Of a stretch of DNA of 34,794 nucleotides, positions 15,435 through 24,073 are shown piece by piece. Location: IMG/VR virus record IMGVR_UViG_3300024249_000020, positions 1 through 34,794 of that record. One strand, given 5' to 3'. Made by a program: the position numbers and the translations under genes. Within the stretch, counting starts at the first letter, position 1. Each line of letters starts with the position of its first letter. The notes under the pieces were generated by a model. The model searched no databases. It was not told where the DNA came from and saw only the letters and a list, made by a program, of their open reading frames with translations. The DNA comes from a virus. Its lineage: Duplodnaviria > Caudoviricetes.

Positions 15435-17543
15435 TCACTTGATGTAGCGGTAGTCCCAGTGGACATCCGCTGTCAACGGGAACGACTTCAACAGACCAGG
15501 GTTCGACATCATCTTCTTCATGTCCGCGACCGCGGACTCGAGCCTGACCGCCCCCGGCCTGTAGTCCACCACGAGCTCGTCGTGGAACTGGCCGATCAGC
15601 TGCAGCTGGCCGAGACGCCTGGCCCAGTGGTTGACCTCGACTGCCACCTGCATGAAGATCTCCCGGCACACCGACTGGGTCAGGATGCCGGCGAGCTTCC
15701 CGCCGTACAGCTCGAAGAACCTGATCTGCTTGGTCTTCGGGTCGATGTAGTGGTTCTTCCACAGGTCGCCGGTCTTCCGATCCGACGGCTTGTGGTACGC
15801 CACGTTCCGACCACGCCGGTAGCACCCGTGGAAGTACCGCTTCAACAGCGTCCCGTGTGCCGGGTGATGCACCCGCATCTCGATCGACTGGGCAGCAGGT
15901 GCCTGGTACACCAGCGACGACGGTGTCGCCACCGGCTCGAGGTACAGGCTGAACCCGTCGGCCAGCGACAGCACCTGCTGCCGACCGGTACCGATGACCT
16001 CGTTCAGCAGCTGGTCCAGCTTCTCCCAGAACTCGACGATCTCTGGGTTGGCATCACGCCAGTCCCACACGATCCTCGATGCCTCCGCCTCGGATAGGAC
16101 CACGCCCATCTTCTCGGCGAAGTCCTTCACCGCATCGGGCCCGGCCTGGTAGCCGCAGCTCAGCTCGCCCACCTTGCCGAACTGCCGCTGCTCCTTGGTG
16201 ACCTGGTCGTAGGTGACACCGAACTGACGGGCGGCACCCTGCTTGTACATGTCGTAGCCCAGCATGTAGCCGTCGAGCTTCCACTGCGCGCCGGCTGCCC
16301 ACGCCAGACCACGAGACTCCACCGAACCGAAGTCACCCACGATCAGCACACCGTTACGGTGGCTGGCCGTGAAGACCTGGCGCACGTTCGCCGCCATCGT
16401 CGTGTTGTCCCATTCCGAGTCCACATCCATGAGCGTGCTCATGTCCGCCGGCTCGGCCAGCCGCTTCAGGTTCTGCATCTGCACACCACGACCCGTGGTG
16501 CGCAGCGTCTGCCCAGCACCACAGTGCAGGTACTGGTCCAGCAGCCGGTACGTACCACGCTGCGAACCCCACGGCACCACGGTGTCGAGGATCACCTTCA
16601 GCTTCTTCAGGCTGGAACCACCCAGCACCTGCTTGGTCTCCAACAGATGCTGCACCTGCTGGTATCCCGAAGCCTTCAACGGATCCAACGCGATGCCAGC
16701 ATTCAGCTTGTCGTTGATCTTGCCCAGCAGGGACGCGACATGCTTCTCGTCGAACGACGTAGCCTTCACGCCACGGTCAGCACACCACTCCTTCATCTGC
16801 TTCAGGCTGTTCAGGTTCAGGTCCGGTGCAGCACAGCTGACCCGGAACTCCTGCAGTGCCAGCTCCTGGTTCTCCAGGTACCGACGGTGCATCTCCTCCA
16901 CCGAGGCGACGTCCACCGTCCAGCCGGCACGGTTCATGTCCATCGTGACATGCATGTACGCCTGCTCCGCATGTGTCAGCCGGACCAGATAGTGCTTCGC
17001 GATCTGGAACGACAGCTGAGCATCCAGCTCGCAGTACTCGATGAACTTCAACCACTCGTCCGGGTTGTCCTCGACCACCTGGTAGTCGAAGCCCGGATCC
17101 TCGTTCTCCTCCTGGTACTTGCCAGGTATGGAGAACAGCATGATCCCGGCCTTGCCGCTGACCAGCTTGTCCACGCCCAGCAGCTGAGGCGCTGCCGCCT
17201 CGAGACTGCCACCCGCACCAGCGGCACGGGCCACCACTGCGGAGTCGATGAACCTACTGGTCGGGTAGTCCAACCCCAGCCAGTCCAACACCGCATGCTC
17301 GAAGCCAGCGTTGTGTGCCACGATCTGCTTGTCACCGATCAGCGCACGCAGCTCCTGCGTGCTCCGCTTCCGGTTGTGCGTGAACTCGAGGGTCTCGCAC
17401 TGGTTGATACCACGCGAGTCCTCGGTACACACGCTCCCGATCAGCGCCTGGAAGTGCGGGTCGGCCACGTACCTGGCCAGCCCGTGCTTCGGCAGGTTCA
17501 CCGAACCGTACGTCTCGAAGTCGAGACCAATCAGTCCACTCAT
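15435..17543 (-). CDS. Family A DNA polymerase with 3'-5' exonuclease
   Basis: Exo I LDFETY, Exo II AHNAGFE, Exo III YCELD; motif A GDFGSVESR, motif B RQFGKVGELSCGY, motif C QFHDE. Confidence 0.95.
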   Translation of the reverse strand: MSGLIGLDFETYGSVNLPKHGLARYVADPHFQALIGSVCTEDSRGINQCETLEFTHNRKRSTQELRALIGDKQIVAHNAGFEHAVLDWLGLDYPTSRFIDSAVVARAAGAGGSLEAAAPQLLGVDKLVSGKAGIMLFSIPGKYQEENEDPGFDYQVVEDNPDEWLKFIEYCELDAQLSFQIAKHYLVRLTHAEQAYMHVTMDMNRAGWTVDVASVEEMHRRYLENQELALQEFRVSCAAPDLNLNSLKQMKEWCADRGVKATSFDEKHVASLLGKINDKLNAGIALDPLKASGYQQVQHLLETKQVLGGSSLKKLKVILDTVVPWGSQRGTYRLLDQYLHCGAGQTLRTTGRGVQMQNLKRLAEPADMSTLMDVDSEWDNTTMAANVRQVFTASHRNGVLIVGDFGSVESRGLAWAAGAQWKLDGYMLGYDMYKQGAARQFGVTYDQVTKEQRQFGKVGELSCGYQAGPDAVKDFAEKMGVVLSEAEASRIVWDWRDANPEIVEFWEKLDQLLNEVIGTGRQQVLSLADGFSLYLEPVATPSSLVYQAPAAQSIEMRVHHPAHGTLLKRYFHGCYRRGRNVAYHKPSDRKTGDLWKNHYIDPKTKQIRFFELYGGKLAGILTQSVCREIFMQVAVEVNHWARRLGQLQLIGQFHDELVVDYRPGAVRLESAVADMKKMMSNPGLLKSFPLTADVHWDYRYIK

Positions 17544-17552
17544 GATCTCTCC

Positions 17553-18266
17553 TTATAGGGCGAGGATCTCGTCCTCGTCCACTTGATGTGGGTACAGCAG
17601 CTGCAAGGTGACCGGACACATGGCGCTGCCCTTCAACCCGCGTGCATGCGGGAACGCAGGGCAGAACATGCAATGGTCACCAGGGTTGAACGACGTGTCG
17701 CCCTTGATGATCGCTGCCTCAGCAGCCTGCGCGTCAGCCATGTACTTGCCGAGCGCATTGGTGCTGGCGAACCACGACTCACAGTTGTCGGCCCACGGCT
17801 GCACGATGTGCAGCGTCACACCCTTCGCCTTCGGCGCCAGGTGTGCGAACGACACGGCGTAGTACAGGAGCTGGCTGTTGCCAGCCACCTCCACCCTGAT
17901 CCGCCCTGTCTTCAGGTCGATCACATGGATCTCGTCCTGGGTGTATAGCACCAGGTCCACCGTGGTGTCCGGTGCGCCGGCCAGCCACGTCGCCTTGATC
18001 GACTGCTCGATCAGCACCTTGAACCTGCGGCTCTGCCGCAAGGTCAGGATGTACTGCTGCGCCTTGACCATCATCGCCAGATCGTGAGGCGAGTACGCCA
18101 TGATCTTCGCGAAGTCCTCGTGCATGTTGCTGCCCCGGTTGGCCGCGGTGTCCGCAGTCCGGTCCTCGACCGGAGCGACATAGCCGGGGATCGCCAGTTC
18201 CAAGTTGGCACTGGCGTGACACGCCATCTGCTTGCCAGCAACGCTGGCACTGAAACGTTCAGGCAT
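17553..18266 (-). CDS. Cas4-like PD-(D/E)xK exonuclease (DUF2800-type)
   Basis: TVDLV...VIDLKTG...QLLYYA, with an N-terminal Cys and C-terminal CMFC...C cluster. Start MPERFSAS has a GAGGAG RBS. Confidence 0.85.
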   Translation of the reverse strand: MPERFSASVAGKQMACHASANLELAIPGYVAPVEDRTADTAANRGSNMHEDFAKIMAYSPHDLAMMVKAQQYILTLRQSRRFKVLIEQSIKATWLAGAPDTTVDLVLYTQDEIHVIDLKTGRIRVEVAGNSQLLYYAVSFAHLAPKAKGVTLHIVQPWADNCESWFASTNALGKYMADAQAAEAAIIKGDTSFNPGDHCMFCPAFPHARGLKGSAMCPVTLQLLYPHQVDEDEILAL

Positions 18267-18292
18267 AGCCTGCTCCTCTCTCAACGCATGAA

Positions 18293-18327
18293 GATGCGGG
18301 GCACGGTGATCCACCGTGCCCCGCATC
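18293..18327. terminator. Perfect 16-bp hairpin after ssb
   Basis: GATGCGGGGCACGGTG-atc-CACCGTGCCCCGCATC; only TTC follows on the minus strand. Confidence 0.55.
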
Positions 18328-18331
18328 AGGA

Positions 18332-19012
18332 TCAGTCGGCGAAGATCTCATCCTCGTCGAGGCTGACGCCACCGCCGAAGCGGTCACCGTCAGCCTTGAA
18401 CACGGCGACGCTGGCCGAGGCACTGAACCCCGGCAGCTTGCCGCTGATGAACGCGTACAGGTTGAGCGTCGCTGCCACGTAGCAGCCCCCGTACATCTGG
18501 TGGACCGTCTGCCCGATGGGCAGGATGATCGGGTCCGTCCAGATCAGATCCGGGTCCGGCACGAGCAGCTCGTCCTCGCTGTTCACGATGGCCTTGAGCT
18601 CGATGTCGACACCCTTGTTGCCGTTGACCTTGACGTTGGCCACGCACTCAGGTGCGAGCACGGCAGTCTTGTCACCGATCTCCTTCACCGGGATGTAGGG
18701 CGGCTGCGCTGCCCAGTCCCCGGAGTCGATCACCTTCAAGATCCGCTTGACCTCCGCTGCAGTGAGAGCGTCACGCTTCTCACCCTTGGCGCTCTGCTCC
18801 GCGCAGTACGGCAGGAACAGGTCCTTCACATGGGTGAGGAACTTGTCCAGCTGTGCCTGCTCGACCAGCAGGTTGAAGTCCGGCGCCACATCGGCGGCGT
18901 CCTTCGGGTACTGCGACTTGCCGTTCTTCACCACTGCCTGCTGGTAGTTGAAGTTCGGATACGACAAGCGACCGTAGATCGTCACGGTCTTCGGGTTCTT
19001 ACCGGTGGCCAT
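18332..19012 (-). CDS. Single-stranded DNA-binding protein (T7 gp2.5/DUF2815-like)
   Basis: GRLSYP, MYGGCYV, FKADGDRFGGG and acidic tail DEDEIFAD. Sits next to the nuclease and PolA genes. Confidence 0.8.
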   Translation of the reverse strand: MATGKNPKTVTIYGRLSYPNFNYQQAVVKNGKSQYPKDAADVAPDFNLLVEQAQLDKFLTHVKDLFLPYCAEQSAKGEKRDALTAAEVKRILKVIDSGDWAAQPPYIPVKEIGDKTAVLAPECVANVKVNGNKGVDIELKAIVNSEDELLVPDPDLIWTDPIILPIGQTVHQMYGGCYVAATLNLYAFISGKLPGFSASASVAVFKADGDRFGGGVSLDEDEIFAD

Positions 19013-19039
19013 GTGCCACCCCTTTCACTCGGGTTGATG

Positions 19040-19243
19040 GTGTGTTGCGGTAGCACCACACGCGCGAAAAATTTCTTCGCTGATGCAGCACCTTGGAAAA
19101 CTGTGGAGGCACAGCCGCACCCGGTGCAAGGATGCGACTGTGCCCTACGGATCGCGCCATGACACCGGGATAGACACTCATCACGTTGCACCTGATGAGA
19201 CCCCGAACATCACAACCACCCGCCTCTCGGCACCAGGGCCGAG
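19040..19243 (-). ncRNA. Candidate structured RNA/leader upstream of ssb with a pseudoknot
   Basis: A 234-nt intergenic gap with several hairpins. The 12-bp stem 19108-19119/19133-19144 has a loop whose 19120-19126 segment is complementary to 19163-19169. Confidence 0.35.
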
Positions 19244-19246
19244 TAG

Positions 19247-20311
19247 TCAGAGCCCGCTGAACCTGCGCTCGTAGTCAGACTCGAGCACGTACTGCGACCT
19301 GCCCACCAGTAGCGGACGAACCTCGCCGGCCATCCAGCCGATGCACTCCGACAGGTACGTCGGCCTGTTCACCAGGCTGATGTCCAGCACCACGTCGATG
19401 TGGTGACCACCGCACGCCTGACGCAGCTTCCTCTCAGCAGCAGGGCTGCTGTCGTAGTCGGCCACGCAGATCACCGTGCCCCAGTCACGGGTGAACACCT
19501 GAGCCAGCTGCTCGTAGTGCGTACCACCGTAGGTGGCGGCATCGAGGATGTCGTCCACGCTGTACGACCCCGGCTCCCAGTAGGTCACCGAGTCCGAGAC
19601 GATGGCGAGGTGGGCGTTCGCGTTGTAGCTCATCGCCACCACGTCGGAGACGATGGTGCGCACCGTCCCCTCGGTCATCGAACCCGACACGTCAAGGATC
19701 ACCAGGTTCTCCTTGATCGGCGGGTGATCGATCGCCGCCTTGTGGTTACCGATCGTCGGGCGCCTGGCGTTCAGCGTCGCCATCGACTTGAACACCATGC
19801 TGCCCTGCTTGCCGGGCAGCATCGAGACCACGGACTCCAGCTTGGCAGCCACGTCCTTCAACGCCTGCGCCACCTCCACCTCGAGCGACTTCCACACCTC
19901 GGGGAGGATCTCGCCCTTCGGCGGGGCCACACCGAACGTGACGTGACCAGCCTCCGGGGTGTTCAACAGCACACCGGGGAACCAGGCACAGCCACAGCTC
20001 CCGTCATCGGGGCAACCACAGTCCATGTCGTGGTTGTACCACCCGTCCAGCAGGTAGTCCTGCAGTTCGGTGCTGTGCTCGCCGTCGAACAGCGCGTCGC
20101 TCAGCGGCGTGCGGATCACCTTGAACATCAGGTCACTGAGCTGGACGTAGTCCAACTCGTAGACCTTGCTGAAGAACAGCAGGGTCTCGACGTCAGGCAG
20201 CAACGCCTGCAGCGTGGCCACGCTGAACTTGGTGCCCGGCTTGATCTCGAAGAGATCGAGGCTGGCAGTCAGCTCAGAACGGGTCATCGGGGACGAACTC
20301 ATCTGCGTCAT
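19247..20311 (-). CDS. VWA (MIDAS) domain protein
   Basis: VILDVSGSM (DxSxS), YGGT, ICVAD. Directly downstream of and overlapping an AAA+ ATPase gene. Confidence 0.85.
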   Translation of the reverse strand: MTQMSSSPMTRSELTASLDLFEIKPGTKFSVATLQALLPDVETLLFFSKVYELDYVQLSDLMFKVIRTPLSDALFDGEHSTELQDYLLDGWYNHDMDCGCPDDGSCGCAWFPGVLLNTPEAGHVTFGVAPPKGEILPEVWKSLEVEVAQALKDVAAKLESVVSMLPGKQGSMVFKSMATLNARRPTIGNHKAAIDHPPIKENLVILDVSGSMTEGTVRTIVSDVVAMSYNANAHLAIVSDSVTYWEPGSYSVDDILDAATYGGTHYEQLAQVFTRDWGTVICVADYDSSPAAERKLRQACGGHHIDVVLDISLVNRPTYLSECIGWMAGEVRPLLVGRSQYVLESDYERRFSGL

Positions 20312-21239
20312 CGTCGTCAGTTCCTTCCTTCTCGAAACGAATCTTCTCCAACTCCAACAGCTGGAGGTTCAGGTCCAGGTTCTGCGCCTGCACTTCGGTC
20401 AGTCGGGCGTTGCCCTTCAGCTTCAGTGCCTTGGCTCCATACACAGGATCCGCCTTCTTGCCCGTAGTCAAGAAGACGTACTGGACCTTGCCCGCCTGCA
20501 TCGCACGGGTGTTGTTCATGGCCAACAGCTCAGCCAGTGCAGTGGACTGCACCTCACGAAGCTTCGCCTGACCGATCAGGTTGCGCACGCTGCAGCCTTT
20601 CAGCGCAGCAGGAGACGACGACTTGTTCTTCAACGAGTCGAGCACCTCGTACATGGGCAGCACCTCGCTGTCCAGCAGAGACTGCATCTCCATCGAGTCG
20701 CGCATCTCGGGCAACAGCCCGAGCTGATCGACGATGATCTGCGCCAGCTTCTTCCGCTCACGCTTCAGCTTCCGCGGATCAGGCACCGGCAGGTGCAACA
20801 GCCGATCCTCCAACGCCTTGTCGTAGGACACAGTCGTGTTCGACGCAGCGATCATGAAGACCTTCGGCAGCACCATGCCTGCCACCTGCCGCGACGTGAA
20901 GATGTCGAGCAGGCCGTTGTACACCTCCGGGAAACCACGGAGGAACTCGTCGTAGAGGACGATGTCCCCCTCGACCAGGTCGGTCCACATCGTGGAGTGC
21001 AGCAGGCTCAGCCTGGTGTTCTCCTCGACCGGCATCATCACACCTTCCAACTCCAGCGGACTGATCCGACTGACGTTGACGATGTGCAGGTTGCAGCCGA
21101 TCTGCTTCGCCGCCATCTCCATGATGGTCGACTTGCCACATCCCGGTGGACCGAAGACATGCGGCATCGGTGACCTCACGTCACCCGTCATTCCCATGAC
21201 GTACAGCTTGAGCACGGTCTCAAGATCGAACCCGCTCAT
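20274..21239 (-). CDS. MoxR-like AAA+ ATPase
   Basis: GPPGCGKS, VLYDEFLR, IAASN sensor 1, ALEDR arginine finger. Confidence 0.9.
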   Translation of the reverse strand: MSGFDLETVLKLYVMGMTGDVRSPMPHVFGPPGCGKSTIMEMAAKQIGCNLHIVNVSRISPLELEGVMMPVEENTRLSLLHSTMWTDLVEGDIVLYDEFLRGFPEVYNGLLDIFTSRQVAGMVLPKVFMIAASNTTVSYDKALEDRLLHLPVPDPRKLKRERKKLAQIIVDQLGLLPEMRDSMEMQSLLDSEVLPMYEVLDSLKNKSSSPAALKGCSVRNLIGQAKLREVQSTALAELLAMNNTRAMQAGKVQYVFLTTGKKADPVYGAKALKLKGNARLTEVQAQNLDLNLQLLELEKIRFEKEGTDDDDADEFVPDDPF

Positions 21240-21276
21240 GTAGCATCAACTCCGTTCGCTGGTGGAAGCGACTGAA

Positions 21277-21310
21277 CGAGGGCGGCACCCTGACACAGGT
21301 GCCGCCCTCG
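21277..21310. terminator. Intergenic hairpin with 13-bp stem
   Basis: CGAGGGCGGCACC / GGTGCCGCCCTCG with an 8-nt loop, 7 nt after a stop codon. Confidence 0.5.
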
Positions 21311-21317
21311 GCTTTGC

Positions 21318-21794
21318 TCAGTCCTCGTCGAGCGGGAGACCCGTCGCCTCGGCACCGACCTCGGCAGCCGTTGGCTGCGCCACCGTCACCGGCACCGCCA
21401 CCTCGAGCACACCCAGCGTGGACTCGTCGAGCCACACCAGACGGTCGGTGTCACCGGACTCGACCAGACGCAGGATGATGCTGTCCGAGTTCAGCTTCAC
21501 CAGGTCGCCCGGCTTCGCCGCCTTGCCCTCGGTCGCCTCCTCGAACACGACGAACCCGATCGGGTCCGTCGGCTTGTTCTGCAGCGCCTTCACGTTCTCC
21601 GCCGCCGCCACGAGCGGGGCGTAGAAGTCGTTGACCGCCTTCTCGAACACGTCGGTCGCCTGGCTGAACTCCTGCCGGTCCTTGATCTCGTCCCACTGGG
21701 ACGAGTCGACCACGGTGCTACCCGTGGTACCCGCCAGGTCGGTGCCCTTCACGAGCACCTTGCTGTTGAGCATCCTGCTGGTGGTGAACGTCAT
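21318..21794 (-). CDS. Hypothetical protein, 158 aa
   Basis: AAAGGA RBS and strong codon bias. Confidence 0.85.
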   Translation of the reverse strand: MTFTTSRMLNSKVLVKGTDLAGTTGSTVVDSSQWDEIKDRQEFSQATDVFEKAVNDFYAPLVAAAENVKALQNKPTDPIGFVVFEEATEGKAAKPGDLVKLNSDSIILRLVESGDTDRLVWLDESTLGVLEVAVPVTVAQPTAAEVGAEATGLPLDED

Positions 21795-21845
21795 CGTCTG
21801 TTCCTTTCAGGGTGATGACATGAAACTGGACGGAGCCGGCGGATG

Positions 21846-22028
21846 CTACTCGCCGTACTCCTTGCCAGCGGTGATGGCACCGCTGGCCTTGGCCGCCCGG
21901 AACAGGCTGGCCAGGTTGGGGGCCGACGCTGCCTCGATCGCAAGATCGAGCCTATCGTCGACCACCGACACAATGCCGTGCGTCGGGCACGGCCCGCCGT
22001 AGATCCGGCGGCAGGTCCGACAGAACAT
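21846..22028 (-). CDS. Small protein with CxxC...CxxH, 60 aa
   Basis: MFCRTCRRIYGGPCPTH; fits the operon packing. Confidence 0.7.
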   Translation of the reverse strand: MFCRTCRRIYGGPCPTHGIVSVVDDRLDLAIEAASAPNLASLFRAAKASGAITAGKEYGE

Positions 22029-22038
22029 CAGCCCACCC

Positions 22039-22218
22039 TCAATCCAGATCGTCGATGAACTCGACGATCCGCTCGAGCTCGAGGATCTGCACGTCGAACG
22101 TGATGCCCTGATGCGTGGTCACCGAGATCACACCCTGCTCAGCCAGGACCGCGCATAGCTCGGTCACATCCAGCTCAGCGTGCTCGGTGTCCACATCGAG
22201 GATCGCAGAGATCATCAT
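22039..22218 (-). CDS. Small acidic protein, 59 aa
   Basis: Hand translation: MMISAILDVDTEHAELDVTELCAVLAEQGVISVTTHQGITFDVQILELERIVEFIDDLD*. ATGA overlap and GGAGG RBS. Not in the track. Confidence 0.75.
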   Translation of the reverse strand: MMISAILDVDTEHAELDVTELCAVLAEQGVISVTTHQGITFDVQILELERIVEFIDDLD

Positions 22219-23006
22219 TCGAGAGCCTCCATGATCGTGTCGAGACTGTCCTTGTAGTCGATGGTCTTGCTCGCCTGGATCAGCTCGACGATGTTGTCCG
22301 CCTCGATGTGCAAGGCGATCGCCTCGTAGATCCTGCCGAGCATCTGCTTCTCCGCATCGAAGTGCGTGGAGAAGTAGCTGCTCGCCCCCCAGTAACCCTC
22401 GACCAGGTCCTCCTTGACCAGGCGCAGGTCGTAGCCATACCCGTGGTACTTGGCATAGCGACCCACCTCACGCAGCCCGTTGTACTGGCTGATGAAACCA
22501 GCACGCCAGTTCGTGCGCTTGCTCGGCATCATCGGCAGCGCCTGAGTTCTGCTGCAGGCGTTGACGAACTGTGGGAACAAGAAGCTCCGCATGTCCCTGA
22601 ACATGTTCGACTCCAGATCCCAGCCCACACCCAGCAGACCGAAGTCGAACGACTCGATCACCTGCGCAAGCGAGGTGGTCGGGTGTCCATCGGCCAGCTT
22701 GTAGACCAGGTTGTGCTCGATGCCACCAGGTGACATCAGCTTCAACGAGTTGGTGTGCCACGTCTTGAAGCCGTAGCGCAGCCACCTCGCCCACACCCTG
22801 TCGAACCGGTCGACGAAGGTGTAGCCGTTGTCCAACATCTTCTGCCCGATGGCAACCAGAACGTTGCCGTTCGGGCAGAACAAGTCGACATCGGTGAACG
22901 CATTGCTCATGCCGTACGTGTCGGCTGCCACGAGTGAGCCGGCCAGGAAGACCGGCTCACCCGCTAGCAGCTGACGCACGTCGGCGATGACCGCCGACGT
23001 AGACAC
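22215..23006 (-). CDS. Pol-beta superfamily nucleotidyltransferase (CCA/poly(A) polymerase head-like)
   Basis: VFLAGSLVAAD...FTDVDLF (hG[GS]...DxD) and downstream IESFDFGL, similar to the DFT motif of class II enzymes. Confidence 0.75.
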   Translation of the reverse strand: MSTSAVIADVRQLLAGEPVFLAGSLVAADTYGMSNAFTDVDLFCPNGNVLVAIGQKMLDNGYTFVDRFDRVWARWLRYGFKTWHTNSLKLMSPGGIEHNLVYKLADGHPTTSLAQVIESFDFGLLGVGWDLESNMFRDMRSFLFPQFVNACSRTQALPMMPSKRTNWRAGFISQYNGLREVGRYAKYHGYGYDLRLVKEDLVEGYWGASSYFSTHFDAEKQMLGRIYEAIALHIEADNIVELIQASKTIDYKDSLDTIMEALE

Positions 23007-23007
23007 G

Positions 23008-23298
23008 TCAGACCTCGACGGTCTCGCCGGTGTCGGCCTGGTCGTCGTCGTAACCGAGCAGCTGGAGCTGCTCGTTCAAGTCGACGACCTTCGCCTCACG
23101 CTCACCGATCTGGTCGACCAGCTTGGTCCTCTTCTCGAGGAGCTTGTCGATCAGCTTCTGCTCCTGGTCATGCTGCGCCTGACGCGCCGCCTCCAGGTCC
23201 CGCTCGATCTTGGCGATCTTCTCCGCCGGCGAGAGAACCACGCGCGTACGCTTGGGCTTCTCCTCCGGCGCAGCAGCCGCCGCCTTCTTCGCAGCCAT
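23008..23298 (-). CDS. Coiled-coil protein with basic N-terminus, 96 aa
   Basis: AAGGAG RBS. MAAKKAAAAAPEEKPKRTR followed by a heptad-rich helix. Confidence 0.8.
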   Translation of the reverse strand: MAAKKAAAAAPEEKPKRTRVVLSPAEKIAKIERDLEAARQAQHDQEQKLIDKLLEKRTKLVDQIGEREAKVVDLNEQLQLLGYDDDQADTGETVEV

Positions 23299-23351
23299 GA
23301 GCTGCTCCTTCCTTCGAGGGTTGCCATCCTGCCGCATAGGTACGACAAGAA

Positions 23352-23388
23352 AGCAGGGCCTGCCCACCCCCGACGGGCAAGCCCTGCT
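23352..23388. terminator. Intergenic hairpin
   Basis: AGCAGGGCcTGCCC / GGGCAaGCCCTGCT, followed by TTCTT on the minus strand. Confidence 0.5.
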
Positions 23389-23424
23389 GCATGTGGGACA
23401 CCACCTCACGGTGGTGTCAGACGA

Positions 23425-23685
23425 CTACTCGTCGTCGTCGATACGCCCGAACCGACCGAAGCCCAGCTCCACCAGGATGAGATCCTTGTGAGCTCGGGCA
23501 AGCCGGTCGGCGCTGCGCACCTGAGCCGATGACGCTCGGCCTCGAGCGTGCTCCAACCTGACCACAGCCGCATGCGCAAAAGCGTCATGGCTGGCCGTGA
23601 TCTTGTTGAGCAACCGCGCGTGCTCAACGAGTCGAGCCTCCGTGAACGGAGACTCATCGTTGGCAGTGAACGGGATGTAGCTCAT
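23425..23685 (-). CDS. Hypothetical protein, 86 aa
   Basis: GGAGGT RBS and co-oriented with the arm. Confidence 0.75.
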   Translation of the reverse strand: MSYIPFTANDESPFTEARLVEHARLLNKITASHDAFAHAAVVRLEHARGRASSAQVRSADRLARAHKDLILVELGFGRFGRIDDDE

Positions 23686-23782
23686 CGGTTACCTCCGATG
23701 TAGGTGAGGGGCTGGTCCCCTCGATACGTGGGCAGCAGCCCGACTCCACCCCCCGCGGAGTCGGGCCGCTGCGCCTGCCTGC

Positions 23783-24073
23783 TCAGTCCCCCGATTGAGC
23801 AGGCCAGACACCGTGGATCACGGTGCCCGGATTCTCAGCCGCCAGCCGCGCAGCATCGAGAGCGTGGGCCTCGACCTGGTAGGGCAGCCGAGCTCTGCCT
23901 GCCGGATGACGACGCATCGCATCGCTCCGCAGGTAGTCATTCAGCAGCAACCGGTACTCGGTCGCATCAGTACTGGCCCGACCCCACTGCCGCCACGCCC
24001 ATACCAAGGTGGACGTGACGGCAATCGAGTAGGCCGTCAGCAGCACGAGCACGGCGATCAGCCCGTCGTACAT
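23783..24073 (-). CDS. Membrane-anchored protein, 96 aa
   Basis: N-terminal hydrophobic helix LIAVLVLLTAYSIAVTSTLVWAW; TGATG coupling. Confidence 0.75.
   Translation of the reverse strand: MYDGLIAVLVLLTAYSIAVTSTLVWAWRQWGRASTDATEYRLLLNDYLRSDAMRRHPAGRARLPYQVEAHALDAARLAAENPGTVIHGVWPAQSGD

Noticed and set aside
19105-19172. HDV-like ribozyme reading of the pseudoknot
   Set aside because: The order of pairings is superficially similar, but L3 would be only 4 nt, and P4, the J4/2 catalytic strand and the G1 wobble are not identifiable. Kept only as a generic pseudoknot.
19178-19215. Hammerhead ribozyme (CTGATGA core on the + strand)
   Set aside because: No stem II or GAAA follows. TGATGAG is simply one arm of the CTCATCA/TGATGAG hairpin, and it is on the antisense strand.
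23700-23782. Possible tRNA or ncRNA in the intergenic gap
   Set aside because: It contains GC-rich stems (GGGCTG/CAGCCC, CCCGACTCC/GGAGTCGGG) but no cloverleaf, T-loop or CCA. Treated as ordinary hairpins.
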